Below are positions 1 through 9,871 of a stretch of DNA of 64,000 nucleotides, piece by piece. The notes under the pieces are model-generated. The model was not told the DNA's origin. It worked only from the letters and a program-made list of their open reading frames with translations, and made no database searches. Position 1 is the stretch's first letter; every line of letters begins with the position of its first letter. Origin of the DNA: an uncultured bacterium (lineage in GTDB: Bacteria > Oederibacteriota > Oederibacteriia > Oederibacteriales > Oederibacteriaceae); NCBI GenBank assembly GCA_965112635.1, contig OZ218778.1, positions 832,001 through 896,000 of the forward strand, written 5' to 3'. Position numbers and translations under genes: made by a program.

Positions 1-213
1 GACCATGACAAGAACGCTCCGGTGGCGACCGCAGAACCCGGCAATTTTGGAATAACACAGGAGGATAATAAAGCCCCCATGACCGGGTATTATAAGGGGA
101 ATGACGAAGATTTTTATGTGGATATGAAAAAATATATCGACGAAGTCAGCGGCGCCCAGGCACAAACCCCGGCGGCCACACCGGAACCGACCCCGGCGAC
201 CCTCAAGGAGTAA
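1..213 (+). CDS. 5'-truncated hypothetical protein; C-terminus homologous to the central domain of the next gene
   Basis: Frame 1 is open from base 1 (DHDKNAPVATAEPGNF...) to TAA at 213. EPGNFxIxxEDNKxPxxGxYKG...DEV recurs in the 220..2853 protein. Confidence 0.75.
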   Translation, partial: DHDKNAPVATAEPGNFGITQEDNKAPMTGYYKGNDEDFYVDMKKYIDEVSGAQAQTPAATPEPTPATLKE

Positions 214-219
214 AAGAGA

Positions 220-2853
220 ATGCGTGTTTATGTTCAAAAGATCTTATTCTGCTTATTAGTTATTTTTTGTTCCGGGGGCATTTTGCCTGCTATTCATGCC
301 GACACGCTCGGTGAGAAGATCATGTCCATGGATATTATGGTGGCCAGGAAAGCCCTTGAGACCCTAAAAGACGTGGACCAACCTACCTTTGAAGAGGCTT
401 TCCGCTATGCGATTAAGAAACTGGATGATCCATACAGGCTTTGCGATGCCGTAGATATGATGGGAAGAATGTATTCCTACAGCGGGAAAAAAAGCCCGGA
501 CCTCCAGAAGGTTATGCCAACACTCATAGGTTTGTTAAAGGATCCCAAAATGCGAGGTAATCGTACCAAGTTGATGGTCATAACTTCCTTGGGGAAGTTT
601 GGTTCCGATGCAATGGATGCTGTTCCAACGCTGATTGATACCATGAAATTTGAGTACTCCAGGGACATTGCAAGTTCTTTAGCCATCATTTGCATTGGCA
701 CGGATAAGGCAGTGCCGGCAGTGCCAGTACTACGAGAGGGATTAAAGGATCAAAACCCAAACTGGAGAGCGACATTTGCCAATGATTTAGGACTTATCGG
801 TCCAGGAGCTAAAGACGCCCTACCTGATTTGCAAGAGGCGTTAAAAGATTCGAACGATAATGTTCGTGCGGCTGCGGCTGATGCCATAAAAGCAATTAAT
901 CAATCCGCGAGTTCAGTCTATAAAGTTACTACTGCCACATCCACCCCAACGGTAACTCAGACCACGGCGCCCACCACAGCTCCGGCCACTGGGGCGGTGA
1001 GCCAGGGTCAGCCCGAGGAGGCCGCCACCGCTTTGCCTCCGGATGACAGCAGCCCCCAGGCCATGCAGGACAAGCTGGACGGCCAGGCCACGGCTTTTGG
1101 CGACAGCGTCAGGTTGCTGGCCAATGACTGGCATAACCAGAACTCCATTTTGTCCGAGATGGGGGAGGCCATCCATGACGCCTTGGCGGACCTCTACAAG
1201 GATAACAAAGCGACCCTGGTGGAGACCGCCGACTTGATGGGTCTCGCGGTCCAGCAGGGCTACCAGGAGATAGCCAAGAATCCCCAGCAGATGTGGGACC
1301 GGCACGGCAATACCACCTATGTGCTGACCCTGCGGGCCCTGAGCGTCGGCCAGCAGTTCATCGGGCCATGGAACCTGACCACGATGCAGTGTTACCATTT
1401 TGGGGCCCCTTACGGGGTTAAGACGGACATGACCGACGACCAGCTGGCTGATTTTCTCAAGCAAAACCCCAAGGTCCAGGCCATCATCGCCAGCCTCAGG
1501 CTGCAGGACCTCTATTCCAAATACGGCAAACGCGGCCCTTACAGTCTGCAGGCATATTTTGACCTAGGTGATTTTATCGAGGGCAAGGTCGGCCAGGGCA
1601 AATGGGATGACCCGGTGACACCGTCCAGGAATTCCGTAGCCGACCCCAAAGCCCTGGCGGCCACGGGATTTTTTGCCAAGCAGGTTTTGCTGGGCAGTAA
1701 GGCCGGGGTGGAGGGCGGTACGGGCGCCCTGGAATCGCCCTACGGCATCCTGTACTGGCTATGGGCCGTGCACGACAACGACGGCATCAAAAGGTCACTC
1801 CTGACCTGGAGAGACCAGGCCAAGGCCAAATGGGACAGCGCCACCGCCAGCGCGGCCATGACCGGCGAGCCGGGGAATTTTGAGATAAAGAAAGAAGACA
1901 ATAAAAACCCCCAAAGCGGAGATTATAAAGGCACCAACGCCCAATATTTCAGCGACCTTAATAAGCTCCTCGACGAGGTTGCGGCCATGCCGGGCAGGAA
2001 GTTCGCGGCAGCGGCGGCACCGGCAGAAGCCGCGCCAGTGCCAACGATCGTCCCCACTACTGCTCCCACGGTTCCAACCGTTGTGCAGACAAAAGCAAAG
2101 ACCATAGCTCCGACAGCCACCCCGACCAAAGTTATCGTTATGGCGACCAAGACGCCGGTGGCCAAGGCGGCCGGGATGGGGGTCGCGCCTACGCCCGTGA
2201 CCGGACCGGTGAGCGTGACCGTCATTGCCATTGATTGGGCCGGGCTGAAGAGCACCAACGTGGATGTGCGCCTCAAGGCGCTGCACGAGCTGCACCATGT
2301 GGGCGACCAGGCGGACAAGGTCATCCCCATGCTCATTGACGCGATGAAAACAGGGGACGGAGATGTCCGGGCCGAGGCTGCCGGGGTGTTCGGCGACTTG
2401 GACAAGCAGGACGCGGCCGCGGTCCCCCTACTGGTCAAGGCGCTCAAGAGCGACGACCCGGGTCTTAAGCGCGTGGCCATCTACAGCTTGATCAAGATAG
2501 GGCCGCCTGAGGCCAACGAGGCGGTCCCGGCCCTGCAGGACCTCCTCCAGGACGAAGACAAGCTCATTCAAGATTTGGCGAAGTTTGCCCTAAAGAAAAT
2601 TGCTGAACAACCCGAAGTGTCCGCGGTTCATACGCCTCAGCCGGCCAAGCCGGTGAATGTTGGCCCGGTCCCGACCAGCACCAGCACGCCTGGTGCGGCA
2701 GCGGCAGTAACAAAACCCGCCTATACCAGCACGCCTGTGGCGGCCCTCATCCCGGTCATTGTCCCTACCGCCAAACCGACCCCAAGGACGGTACCGACAG
2801 AGGACACTTCTCAACAAGCCCCCTCTTCATCCACTTTTAAGGACGCCTGGTAA
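220..2853 (+). CDS. Secreted modular HEAT/PBS-lyase-repeat protein with an unknown central domain and Pro/Thr-rich linkers
   Basis: N-terminal signal peptide. HEAT repeats (AVPxLxxxLKD..VRAAAA.A) lie at both ends, with TPT/APT-rich linkers. Confidence 0.8.
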   Translation: MRVYVQKILFCLLVIFCSGGILPAIHADTLGEKIMSMDIMVARKALETLKDVDQPTFEEAFRYAIKKLDDPYRLCDAVDMMGRMYSYSGKKSPDLQKVMPTLIGLLKDPKMRGNRTKLMVITSLGKFGSDAMDAVPTLIDTMKFEYSRDIASSLAIICIGTDKAVPAVPVLREGLKDQNPNWRATFANDLGLIGPGAKDALPDLQEALKDSNDNVRAAAADAIKAINQSASSVYKVTTATSTPTVTQTTAPTTAPATGAVSQGQPEEAATALPPDDSSPQAMQDKLDGQATAFGDSVRLLANDWHNQNSILSEMGEAIHDALADLYKDNKATLVETADLMGLAVQQGYQEIAKNPQQMWDRHGNTTYVLTLRALSVGQQFIGPWNLTTMQCYHFGAPYGVKTDMTDDQLADFLKQNPKVQAIIASLRLQDLYSKYGKRGPYSLQAYFDLGDFIEGKVGQGKWDDPVTPSRNSVADPKALAATGFFAKQVLLGSKAGVEGGTGALESPYGILYWLWAVHDNDGIKRSLLTWRDQAKAKWDSATASAAMTGEPGNFEIKKEDNKNPQSGDYKGTNAQYFSDLNKLLDEVAAMPGRKFAAAAAPAEAAPVPTIVPTTAPTVPTVVQTKAKTIAPTATPTKVIVMATKTPVAKAAGMGVAPTPVTGPVSVTVIAIDWAGLKSTNVDVRLKALHELHHVGDQADKVIPMLIDAMKTGDGDVRAEAAGVFGDLDKQDAAAVPLLVKALKSDDPGLKRVAIYSLIKIGPPEANEAVPALQDLLQDEDKLIQDLAKFALKKIAEQPEVSAVHTPQPAKPVNVGPVPTSTSTPGAAAAVTKPAYTSTPVAALIPVIVPTAKPTPRTVPTEDTSQQAPSSSTFKDAW

Positions 2854-2902
2854 CGAAAAGGATGAGTTTGTCTAGCGTTCAACCCACAGAGAGGATCGTC
2901 CC

Positions 2903-3460
2903 ATGTCCCTGGAACAACTGATCAACCATTATGGTTACTGGGCCCTGCTAGGCGGGACTTTTATAGAGGGCGAGACCATCCTGCTCATCGCGGGATTCCT
3001 GGCCCACCAGGGGAATTTCCAGCTGGGGCTGGTCATGCTGGCGGCTTTTGCCGGCAGCCTGGCCGGAGACCAGGCTTCGTATATCCTGGGACTTTTGTGG
3101 GGCAAACCTTTGCTGGCCAGGTCCAAAAAACTCCGTAAATCCGCTGAAAAAGTCTGGCGCTTCCTGGAAAGATACAATACGCCCATCATGGTCGGGTTCA
3201 GGTTCGTCTACGGCATCAGGCTGGCCACGCCTATTGCCATTGCCCAGACCAGGGTCAGCCCCAGGCGGTTCTTTTTCCTCAATGCCCTGGGCGCGCTTTT
3301 GTGGTCCGTGGCGGTGTCCGGCGCGGGGTATTTATTCGGCAGCACCCTGCAGTTCTTTTTCAACGACCTGCCGAAATATGAGCTGGGAGCCATGGGTTTC
3401 ATCCTTTTGGTCATGTTCAGCCTCGGGCTGACGGCCCATTATATATGGAAGAAGATCTGA
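2903..3460 (+). CDS. DedA family membrane protein
   Basis: GYWALLGGTFIEGETILLIAGFLA, GD..SY..G and RFVYGIR motifs. Confidence 0.9.
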   Translation: MSLEQLINHYGYWALLGGTFIEGETILLIAGFLAHQGNFQLGLVMLAAFAGSLAGDQASYILGLLWGKPLLARSKKLRKSAEKVWRFLERYNTPIMVGFRFVYGIRLATPIAIAQTRVSPRRFFFLNALGALLWSVAVSGAGYLFGSTLQFFFNDLPKYELGAMGFILLVMFSLGLTAHYIWKKI

Positions 3461-3589
3461 CCGTTCCCTGATGTCCAAAATCCGCCAAATTACCGTTATA
3501 AATAGGTTAGAAAGCATATTGCCAAAAAGCTTATCCGTGCTAACTTACTCTTATCAAGGTAATCCAATCCAAAAGAGGGGGTAATAAAG

Positions 3590-4180
3590 ATGGCCTATAC
3601 AGCGAACAATTATGAACAGCTTCTAGGATTGACCGGTTTCAGCGACACGCTTCTCAAGAACCACTTCACGCTTTACCAGGGCTATGTCACCAACGCCAAC
3701 AAACTCTCCGACCTGCTGCTGCAGATGGTCAAAGACGGCAAGACCGCGGTCCCGGAGTACGCCGAGACCAAGCGCCGGTTCGGCTGGGAGTTCAACGGCA
3801 TGAGGCTGCACGAGCTTTATTTCGGCAACCTGTCCAAGGGCGCAGCGGCCCTGGACAAAAATTCCGGGTTGGCCAAAAAAATAGCCGAGGAGTTCGGCTC
3901 GTACGAGAACTGGGAAAAGGACGCCAAGGCGACCGCCACCATGCGCGGCATCGGCTGGGTCGTCCTGTACCTGGACCCCGTGTCCAAGAGGCTTTTCAAC
4001 TGCTGGATCAACGAGCACGACGGAGGCCATCTGTCTGGAGCGGTCCCCTTGCTGGTCCTGGATGTATTCGAGCACGCTTTTATGATCGACTACGGACTCA
4101 AGAGGGCCGATTATATCGAGGCGTTCTTCAAAGCGCTCAACTGGGCCACGGTGGCTGAGCGGTTCAACAAGGCGGCCTGA
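3590..4180 (+). CDS. sod: Fe/Mn superoxide dismutase family protein
   Basis: NHFTLYQGYV, LHELYF, GIGW and DVFEHAF (DxxEHA) metal-ligand motifs; RBS GAGGGGG. Confidence 0.9.
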   Translation: MAYTANNYEQLLGLTGFSDTLLKNHFTLYQGYVTNANKLSDLLLQMVKDGKTAVPEYAETKRRFGWEFNGMRLHELYFGNLSKGAAALDKNSGLAKKIAEEFGSYENWEKDAKATATMRGIGWVVLYLDPVSKRLFNCWINEHDGGHLSGAVPLLVLDVFEHAFMIDYGLKRADYIEAFFKALNWATVAERFNKAA

Positions 4181-4212
4181 AAGACCATCCTTTCCTTTAA
4201 TACAGAGGCTCA

Positions 4213-5550
4213 ATGACACACCTGATGGAAGCCCGCGCCCAAATGGCGATGATGTTCGCTTTCCATATCCTTTTCGCCGTGGCCGGCATCACCATGCCTC
4301 TTTTAATGGCCATCGCTGAGGGCATGTGGCTCAAAACCAAAGATGCGGTCTACCTCAACCTGGCCAGACAATGGTCCAAAAGCACGGCTGTGTTGTTTGC
4401 CGTGGGCGCGGTGTCGGGCACGGTCCTTTCCTTTGAATTGGGGCTCCTGTGGCCCAGGTTCATGTCCTTTGCCGGGCCTATCATCGGCATGCCGTTCTCC
4501 CTCGAGGGGTTCGCGTTCTTCACCGAGGCTATTTTCCTGGGCATCTACATTTATGGGTGGGACAAACTCTCCGCCAAGATGCACTGGCTGGCGGGCCTTT
4601 TCATCTTTATAAGCGCCACGATGTCCGGCGTCCTGGTGGTCAGCGCCAACGCCTGGATGAATACGCCGACCGGGTTCGACCTTATGGCCGGGCAGGTCGT
4701 CCGGGTCAGGCCTTTCGAAGCCCTGGCCAATCCCTCCTGGTTTTCGGAAGCCTTGCACATGACCCTGGCCGCCTATACGGCCATGGCATTTTTTATGGCG
4801 GGCATCCACGGACTGGTCCTGTGGAAACGGCCCCAGAGCAGCCTCAACCGCAGGGCTTTCCTCATCACCCTCGGCGTCGGAACATTGGCGGTGCTGTTGG
4901 AAATAGTTTCCGGCGACATCAGCGCCAGACACGCGGCCGAAACCCAGCCCATGAAACTGGCGGCCATGGAAGGCCAGTGGGAGACTCAGAAGGGCGCGCC
5001 CCTGCGGATAGGCGGCTGGCCGGACCAGGACAAAGAACAAACCCCTTTTGCCCTGGAAATTCCCGGTGCTTTGAGCCTTTTGGCTTACCATGATGCCGGG
5101 GCTGAAGTGAAAGGGCTCAAAGCCTTTCCTCCGGAAAACAGGCCGCCGGTCCTGGTCGTCCATTTATCCTTTCAAATCATGGTCTTTTGCGGGTTGGCCA
5201 TGGCCTGCTGCGGGCTCTTGGGGGCCTTATTTTTATGGCTAAAAAAACAGGTGCCCACGCAAAGATGGTTCCTGGCCCTGGTCATAGGCTGCGCGCCGCT
5301 GGGCATGCTTGCCGTGGAAGCGGGCTGGGTGACCACCGAGGTGGGACGGCAGCCGTGGGTCATCAACAACCTGGTGCGTACGGCCGACGCGGTCACGCCG
5401 GTGCAGGGGCTGAGTTACCCCTTTGCCCTGTTCTTCCTGGTCTACGCGTTCCTGTTCGGGACGGTGTTCTATCTTCTCAAGCGGCAGGTCCTGAGGCTGG
5501 GGGAGATGGAAACCAAGCCGGCAAAAGCCAGGAGGCGCGGCCGTGGCTGA
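4213..5550 (+). CDS. cydA: Cytochrome bd ubiquinol oxidase subunit I
   Basis: AFHILF, FAVGAVSG, EGFAFFTEAIFLG, QPMKLAAMEG, GWVTTEVGRQPW. Confidence 0.95.
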   Translation: MTHLMEARAQMAMMFAFHILFAVAGITMPLLMAIAEGMWLKTKDAVYLNLARQWSKSTAVLFAVGAVSGTVLSFELGLLWPRFMSFAGPIIGMPFSLEGFAFFTEAIFLGIYIYGWDKLSAKMHWLAGLFIFISATMSGVLVVSANAWMNTPTGFDLMAGQVVRVRPFEALANPSWFSEALHMTLAAYTAMAFFMAGIHGLVLWKRPQSSLNRRAFLITLGVGTLAVLLEIVSGDISARHAAETQPMKLAAMEGQWETQKGAPLRIGGWPDQDKEQTPFALEIPGALSLLAYHDAGAEVKGLKAFPPENRPPVLVVHLSFQIMVFCGLAMACCGLLGALFLWLKKQVPTQRWFLALVIGCAPLGMLAVEAGWVTTEVGRQPWVINNLVRTADAVTPVQGLSYPFALFFLVYAFLFGTVFYLLKRQVLRLGEMETKPAKARRRGRG

Positions 5551-6571
5551 GACGCTGGGCTTACTTATTTTTGTGGCACTCCTGGTCTACAGCCTGACCG
5601 GCGGGGCAGACCTCGGGATAGGCGTCTGGGACCTCTTGGCCCTGGGGCCCAGGGCCCAGAAACAGCGGCAGACCATGCAACAGGCCATGGGCCCGGTCTG
5701 GGAAGCCAACCACGTGTGGCTCATCCTTTCCGTGGTCCTGATGTTCGTGGCGTTCCCCGGAGGTTTCAGCGCGATGTCCACGGCCTTGTTCATCCCCCTG
5801 ACGCTGATGCTTTTGGGGCTGGTGCTGCGGGGTTCCGCGTTCGCCTTCAGGCATTTTGACGCCCATGAAAACAGGAACAACAGATCATGGAACATGGTTT
5901 TCGGGATGGGAAGCGTTTTGGCGGCTCTGGCCATGGGCCTCATAGCCGGGGCCATGGCCGGCGGAGGCATCAGACTGGACAGCCAGTCCAGGCAGGTTTT
6001 GTCCGGGCCCTGGGAGTCCTGGCTGGGGCCGTTCCCCGTGATGATGGCTTTGCTGGCCGTCGGGATGTTCAGTTTAGTGGCGGGGAATTATCTCCTGTTG
6101 GAAACCAAGGACAGAAAACTAAAGAACGATTTCCGCAAGCGCGCTCTCGGGTCCGCCATAGCGACCGGATTGATCCTAACGGCCTGCGCTCTGACCGCGG
6201 CTGGTTATGCCCCGGACTTTTACAGGAGCCTGAGCCAAGGCATGGTTTCCGTCGGCCTGCATTTATTGCTGGAACTGGCGGTCGTTGGGGAGATCTGGGC
6301 CCTCTGGTCCAGGAGAAACAGGCTGGCCAGGCTGCTGGTCTGGCTGGTCGCCGGGCTGGTCTGGGCCGAATGGGTCGGCGCGCAGTTCCCGTGCCTTATA
6401 GTGCCGGACCTGGTGTTCAGCGCCTGCGCAGCGCCACCCTCATTTTTAGCGCCCCTGCTCATCGCCCTTGGCCTGGGGTCTCCTCTGCTGGTCGTGTGTT
6501 TCGTGTATCTTTTCCGGACGTTCAAAAAACAGCAGTTCTCCGGAATTTTTTCAATCAAAATAGATGAGTAA
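5543..6571 (+). CDS. cydB: Cytochrome bd ubiquinol oxidase subunit II
   Basis: GGADLGIG, GPVWEANHVWLI and LRGSAFAFR motifs; overlaps the cydA stop. Confidence 0.93.
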   Translation: MAETLGLLIFVALLVYSLTGGADLGIGVWDLLALGPRAQKQRQTMQQAMGPVWEANHVWLILSVVLMFVAFPGGFSAMSTALFIPLTLMLLGLVLRGSAFAFRHFDAHENRNNRSWNMVFGMGSVLAALAMGLIAGAMAGGGIRLDSQSRQVLSGPWESWLGPFPVMMALLAVGMFSLVAGNYLLLETKDRKLKNDFRKRALGSAIATGLILTACALTAAGYAPDFYRSLSQGMVSVGLHLLLELAVVGEIWALWSRRNRLARLLVWLVAGLVWAEWVGAQFPCLIVPDLVFSACAAPPSFLAPLLIALGLGSPLLVVCFVYLFRTFKKQQFSGIFSIKIDE

Positions 6572-6926
6572 ATCCGACCGCCTGGTCTATTCCACGGACC
6601 CTGCCCAGAATATCCGCTGTCCCAAGTGCAAAGAGCTTTTAGCTGCCTGCCGATGCGCTCCGAAAGCTGAACCCAAAACCGGTAACTACATTGCCCATCT
6701 GAGGATAGAAAGAACAGGACGCCAGGGCAAGACCGTGACCGTCATCGACGGCCTGCCCAAGATGGAGATCTTTTTGAAACCCCTGTGCAGGGAGCTCAAG
6801 GAAAAATGCGGGGCCGGAGGAACTTTCAAGATGGACAAAAAAGACGGGGTCATCGAAATCCAGGGGGATAATCGTGATAAAATCAGGGTATATCTGGCGA
6901 AAAAAAATATACGGACCAAAGGCTGA
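6564..6926 (+). CDS. yciH: SUI1 family translation initiation factor (YciH-like)
   Basis: LVYST, CPKC...CRC, GRQGKTVTVIDGL, LKEKCGAGGT, IEIQGD. Confidence 0.88.
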   Translation: MSKSDRLVYSTDPAQNIRCPKCKELLAACRCAPKAEPKTGNYIAHLRIERTGRQGKTVTVIDGLPKMEIFLKPLCRELKEKCGAGGTFKMDKKDGVIEIQGDNRDKIRVYLAKKNIRTKG

Positions 6927-6956
6927 ATACCCTTATTAAATCAGGAGAAAAGTGGA

Positions 6957-8045
6957 ATGGCTAAAAAGTTCCTTGTCTTAATATTAATCCTTGCCGCAGG
7001 GCCAGGATTTGTCCTGGCCGAAACAAGCGGGAGCCCTGCCACGGACAAGGAAATTCTGGACCTAGGTAAAGCCTTAAAAGACAAGGACTGGTCTGTCCGC
7101 AACCAAGCCGCCCTATCTTTGGCCAAGTTCGGGCCCCGAGCGGTCAAGGCCGTGCCTGCCCTTATCCAAGCGGCTAAAGACGAGAACAGCACGGTGCGGG
7201 AAAACGCCATTTACAGCCTGGGAAAGGTCGGAGAGGGAGCGAGCGAAGCCGTCCCTGTCCTCATCAAGGCCTTAAAAGACTTTGACCATGCCAAGATCAG
7301 GGAGAACGCAGGGCTGGCCCTGGGGCTTATCGGACCCAAGGCGGGCGAGTCCGTGACGGTCCTGGTCGAAACCCTGAAGGACGAAGATTATAAGGTCGCG
7401 GATAAAGCCGCTTTTGCCCTAGGCAGGATGGGAACAGCAGGCCAAAAAGCCGTTCCCGCCCTGATCGAGTCCCTAAGGGAAGATAATGCCGAACTCCGTT
7501 ACAGCGCCTCTCTCGCTTTAAAATCGCTGGGACCAGGAGCAGCGCCTCTTTTACTGGAAGCGCTCAGGGACCAGAACAAAAATTTCAGGAGAGACGCGGC
7601 CAGGGTTTTGGTGGACTTGGGGCCGCCCTGCCTCACCTTTTACGCCGGCGTCCTCAAAGAACAGAACAGAGGCACCCTGACCAGGATCGTGGTGGCCAAG
7701 AAGATATTGACCGCCGACCCCGCGCTGCTGACCGTGCCGCTGCCAGACCCGGACCGGAACAGTTTTATCCGCTACGAAGTCATCCGGGCCCTGGCCAAGA
7801 TTGGGCCGGCCGCAGTCCCGGCTTTGACCGAGGCCCTGACCAATAAATACAGCGACTGCCGCTACTACGCGGCCCAGGCCCTGGGGAACCTCAAAGCCGC
7901 GGGGGCGCCGGCCGTGGACCATCTGACCAAGGCGCTGAACGATGAGGACCCCGCTGTCAGGGTCAAAGCCCTGGAAGCCCTTAAAAAAATAGATACTCCC
8001 CAGGCGCGCGAGGCTGTCCGCGCCCTGGAAAGAGGAGAAAAGTGA
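6957..8045 (+). CDS. Secreted HEAT/PBS-lyase-repeat protein
   Basis: Signal peptide followed by many AVPALIxALxDxxxxVRxxAxxAL repeats. Confidence 0.88.
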   Translation: MAKKFLVLILILAAGPGFVLAETSGSPATDKEILDLGKALKDKDWSVRNQAALSLAKFGPRAVKAVPALIQAAKDENSTVRENAIYSLGKVGEGASEAVPVLIKALKDFDHAKIRENAGLALGLIGPKAGESVTVLVETLKDEDYKVADKAAFALGRMGTAGQKAVPALIESLREDNAELRYSASLALKSLGPGAAPLLLEALRDQNKNFRRDAARVLVDLGPPCLTFYAGVLKEQNRGTLTRIVVAKKILTADPALLTVPLPDPDRNSFIRYEVIRALAKIGPAAVPALTEALTNKYSDCRYYAAQALGNLKAAGAPAVDHLTKALNDEDPAVRVKALEALKKIDTPQAREAVRALERGEK

Positions 8046-8590
8046 AAAAGTACTCTGAGATCCTGGAAATCATCAAAGGCGACCTGTATCCCCGCGAAAA
8101 GGTCTACTGGCTGGGCCAGCCGAAGCCTGAGTTAAAAGTCCATCTGGTGGACCTGCTGCCCCTGATGGCGGGCCTGTGCATCTTCATTTTGGGTATCGTG
8201 ACCTGCGTCCACGCGGTCCTTCACCAGGGCCATCTCCAGGGGGGTCTCTTGGGCCAAAACGGGATATTTTTCGCGGGAGCGGTGGTGATCTTTTCCGGGA
8301 TCCTGGTCGCTTTGGGCAAGCCGATCTCCTTTTATTTCCGGCAGAGGAACATGTATTACGCGCTGACCAACCTGCGCATCCTCATCGAGGTAAGACGCTC
8401 GGCTAAGAACAAAGAAGTCAGATCGCTCCTGGTCAAAGAGATCAAGAACGCGGAACCGCTGATGGGGAAAAGGGGACAGGGGACCATCCAGTTCATCCCC
8501 AGTGAATATTTCGAAGGAGAAAAGTTCGCCTTTGAAAACATCATGGACGCGGACAAAGTTTACGAATTGATCACGGACATGAAATCCTGA
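8042..8590 (+). CDS. Two-TM membrane protein with a bacterial PH-like C-terminal domain
   Basis: EKVYWLGQP, two hydrophobic helices, YALTNLRILI, FENIMDADKVYELI; GTGA overlap with the upstream gene. Confidence 0.65.
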   Translation: MKKYSEILEIIKGDLYPREKVYWLGQPKPELKVHLVDLLPLMAGLCIFILGIVTCVHAVLHQGHLQGGLLGQNGIFFAGAVVIFSGILVALGKPISFYFRQRNMYYALTNLRILIEVRRSAKNKEVRSLLVKEIKNAEPLMGKRGQGTIQFIPSEYFEGEKFAFENIMDADKVYELITDMKS

Positions 8591-8614
8591 AAGGTCTGAA
8601 AAGGAAGCCTCGGT

Positions 8615-9856
8615 TTGATACAAAAACATAAACTCTTCAGGGTCTATTTTTATATACTGGTCCTGCCTCTGTTCATCCATTTTATCCCTTATTTCAGCAG
8701 CTTTTTCTATAGAAGCCCCGCGCTATCCCTTATCTTATCCGTGATTCCCTGGATAGGGCTGGCCATCTTGGGGTTTATGGGGCTCAAGCTCAACCAGAGC
8801 CGGTTTTTCCTGTCCTCCCTGATCCTGCTGGCCAGCTATTTTGCCCTGACCAACCCCGGCCTTTTCCTATGGATGAAGCTTGGACCCGGAGAGGTGCGCA
8901 ACATCCTCGGCGTCGCCTTGCCCCTGTCGCTGACCTTTGTTTTCCTCCTCAAGGAAAGCCCTTTAAGGGGAAGCCCGGGTCTGTTGCGGGCCTTGTTCAT
9001 CCTGGGTCCCTTCGCGGTCCTGGGAGGGATGTTCTTCCTTTATCAGGAGGCCTACCTGAAGATCATGGAGTTCAATTTTTATGTTTTGAAAGACCTCATC
9101 AAGTTCCCGCACGCCGCCCTTATTTCCATTTTTATTTTTGGCTTCACGGCTTTTTCCTTGAAGGACAAAAAAGTGAATCTTTTCGTGGAGGCTCTGTTCC
9201 TGGCGCAGCTCCCGGTCTATTTCATCCTGGCCCTGGACGCGGGACCGGGAGCGCCCAAGCCTCTTTTGGGGCTTTGCTGGACCGCGGTCTGCGGGGTGCT
9301 GTTGCACGCCATGTTCACGCTCTACTGGCAGAGGGTGTACCTGGACGAACTGACCGGTGTCCCCAACCGAAGGGCCCTGGAAGAACACCTGGTCCATCTG
9401 CCCGAGAAATATGTCCTGGCCATGATCGATATTGACCATTTCAAGAATTTCAACGACCTCTACGGGCATGACCAGGGCGACCATGTCCTCAGACTGGTGG
9501 CGCGGCATCTGGCCAAAGAACTGGACAACAAAGCCTACCGCTACGGCGGGGAAGAGTTCTGCGCGCTCCTGCCGGACAGTTCCATGGCAGAGGCCGACCG
9601 TATGGCGGAAAAGGCGCGTGCCCGGCTGGAGAGAAGGATCTTCCACATCCGGCCCTCCAGGGAGAATAAAGCGGAGGCCGGAGAGGACGCGGGCAAGAAT
9701 TCAGCGGCCCGGCACCAGGTCAAGATCACGGTCAGCATGGGTTTGGCCAGCCCCGATAAAAACCACAAGACACCCCTGGAAGTTTTGAGCTGGGCGGACC
9801 AGGCCTTGTACCAAGCCAAAGCAGACGGCAGGAACTGCGTCCGGGTGGCCTCGTAA
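8615..9856 (+). CDS. Membrane-bound diguanylate cyclase (GGEEF)
   Basis: Multiple TM helices, then DELTGVPNRR, DIDHFKNFNDLYGH..GD, RYGGEEF, ADQALYQAKADGRN; no RxxD I-site. Confidence 0.92.
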   Translation: MIQKHKLFRVYFYILVLPLFIHFIPYFSSFFYRSPALSLILSVIPWIGLAILGFMGLKLNQSRFFLSSLILLASYFALTNPGLFLWMKLGPGEVRNILGVALPLSLTFVFLLKESPLRGSPGLLRALFILGPFAVLGGMFFLYQEAYLKIMEFNFYVLKDLIKFPHAALISIFIFGFTAFSLKDKKVNLFVEALFLAQLPVYFILALDAGPGAPKPLLGLCWTAVCGVLLHAMFTLYWQRVYLDELTGVPNRRALEEHLVHLPEKYVLAMIDIDHFKNFNDLYGHDQGDHVLRLVARHLAKELDNKAYRYGGEEFCALLPDSSMAEADRMAEKARARLERRIFHIRPSRENKAEAGEDAGKNSAARHQVKITVSMGLASPDKNHKTPLEVLSWADQALYQAKADGRNCVRVAS

Positions 9857-9871
9857 GAAAACGGAGAAAAG

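Noticed and set aside
3480-3550. Fur/PerR box upstream of sod
   Set aside because: The AT-rich sequence TTATAAATAGGTTAG does not form a convincing palindrome.
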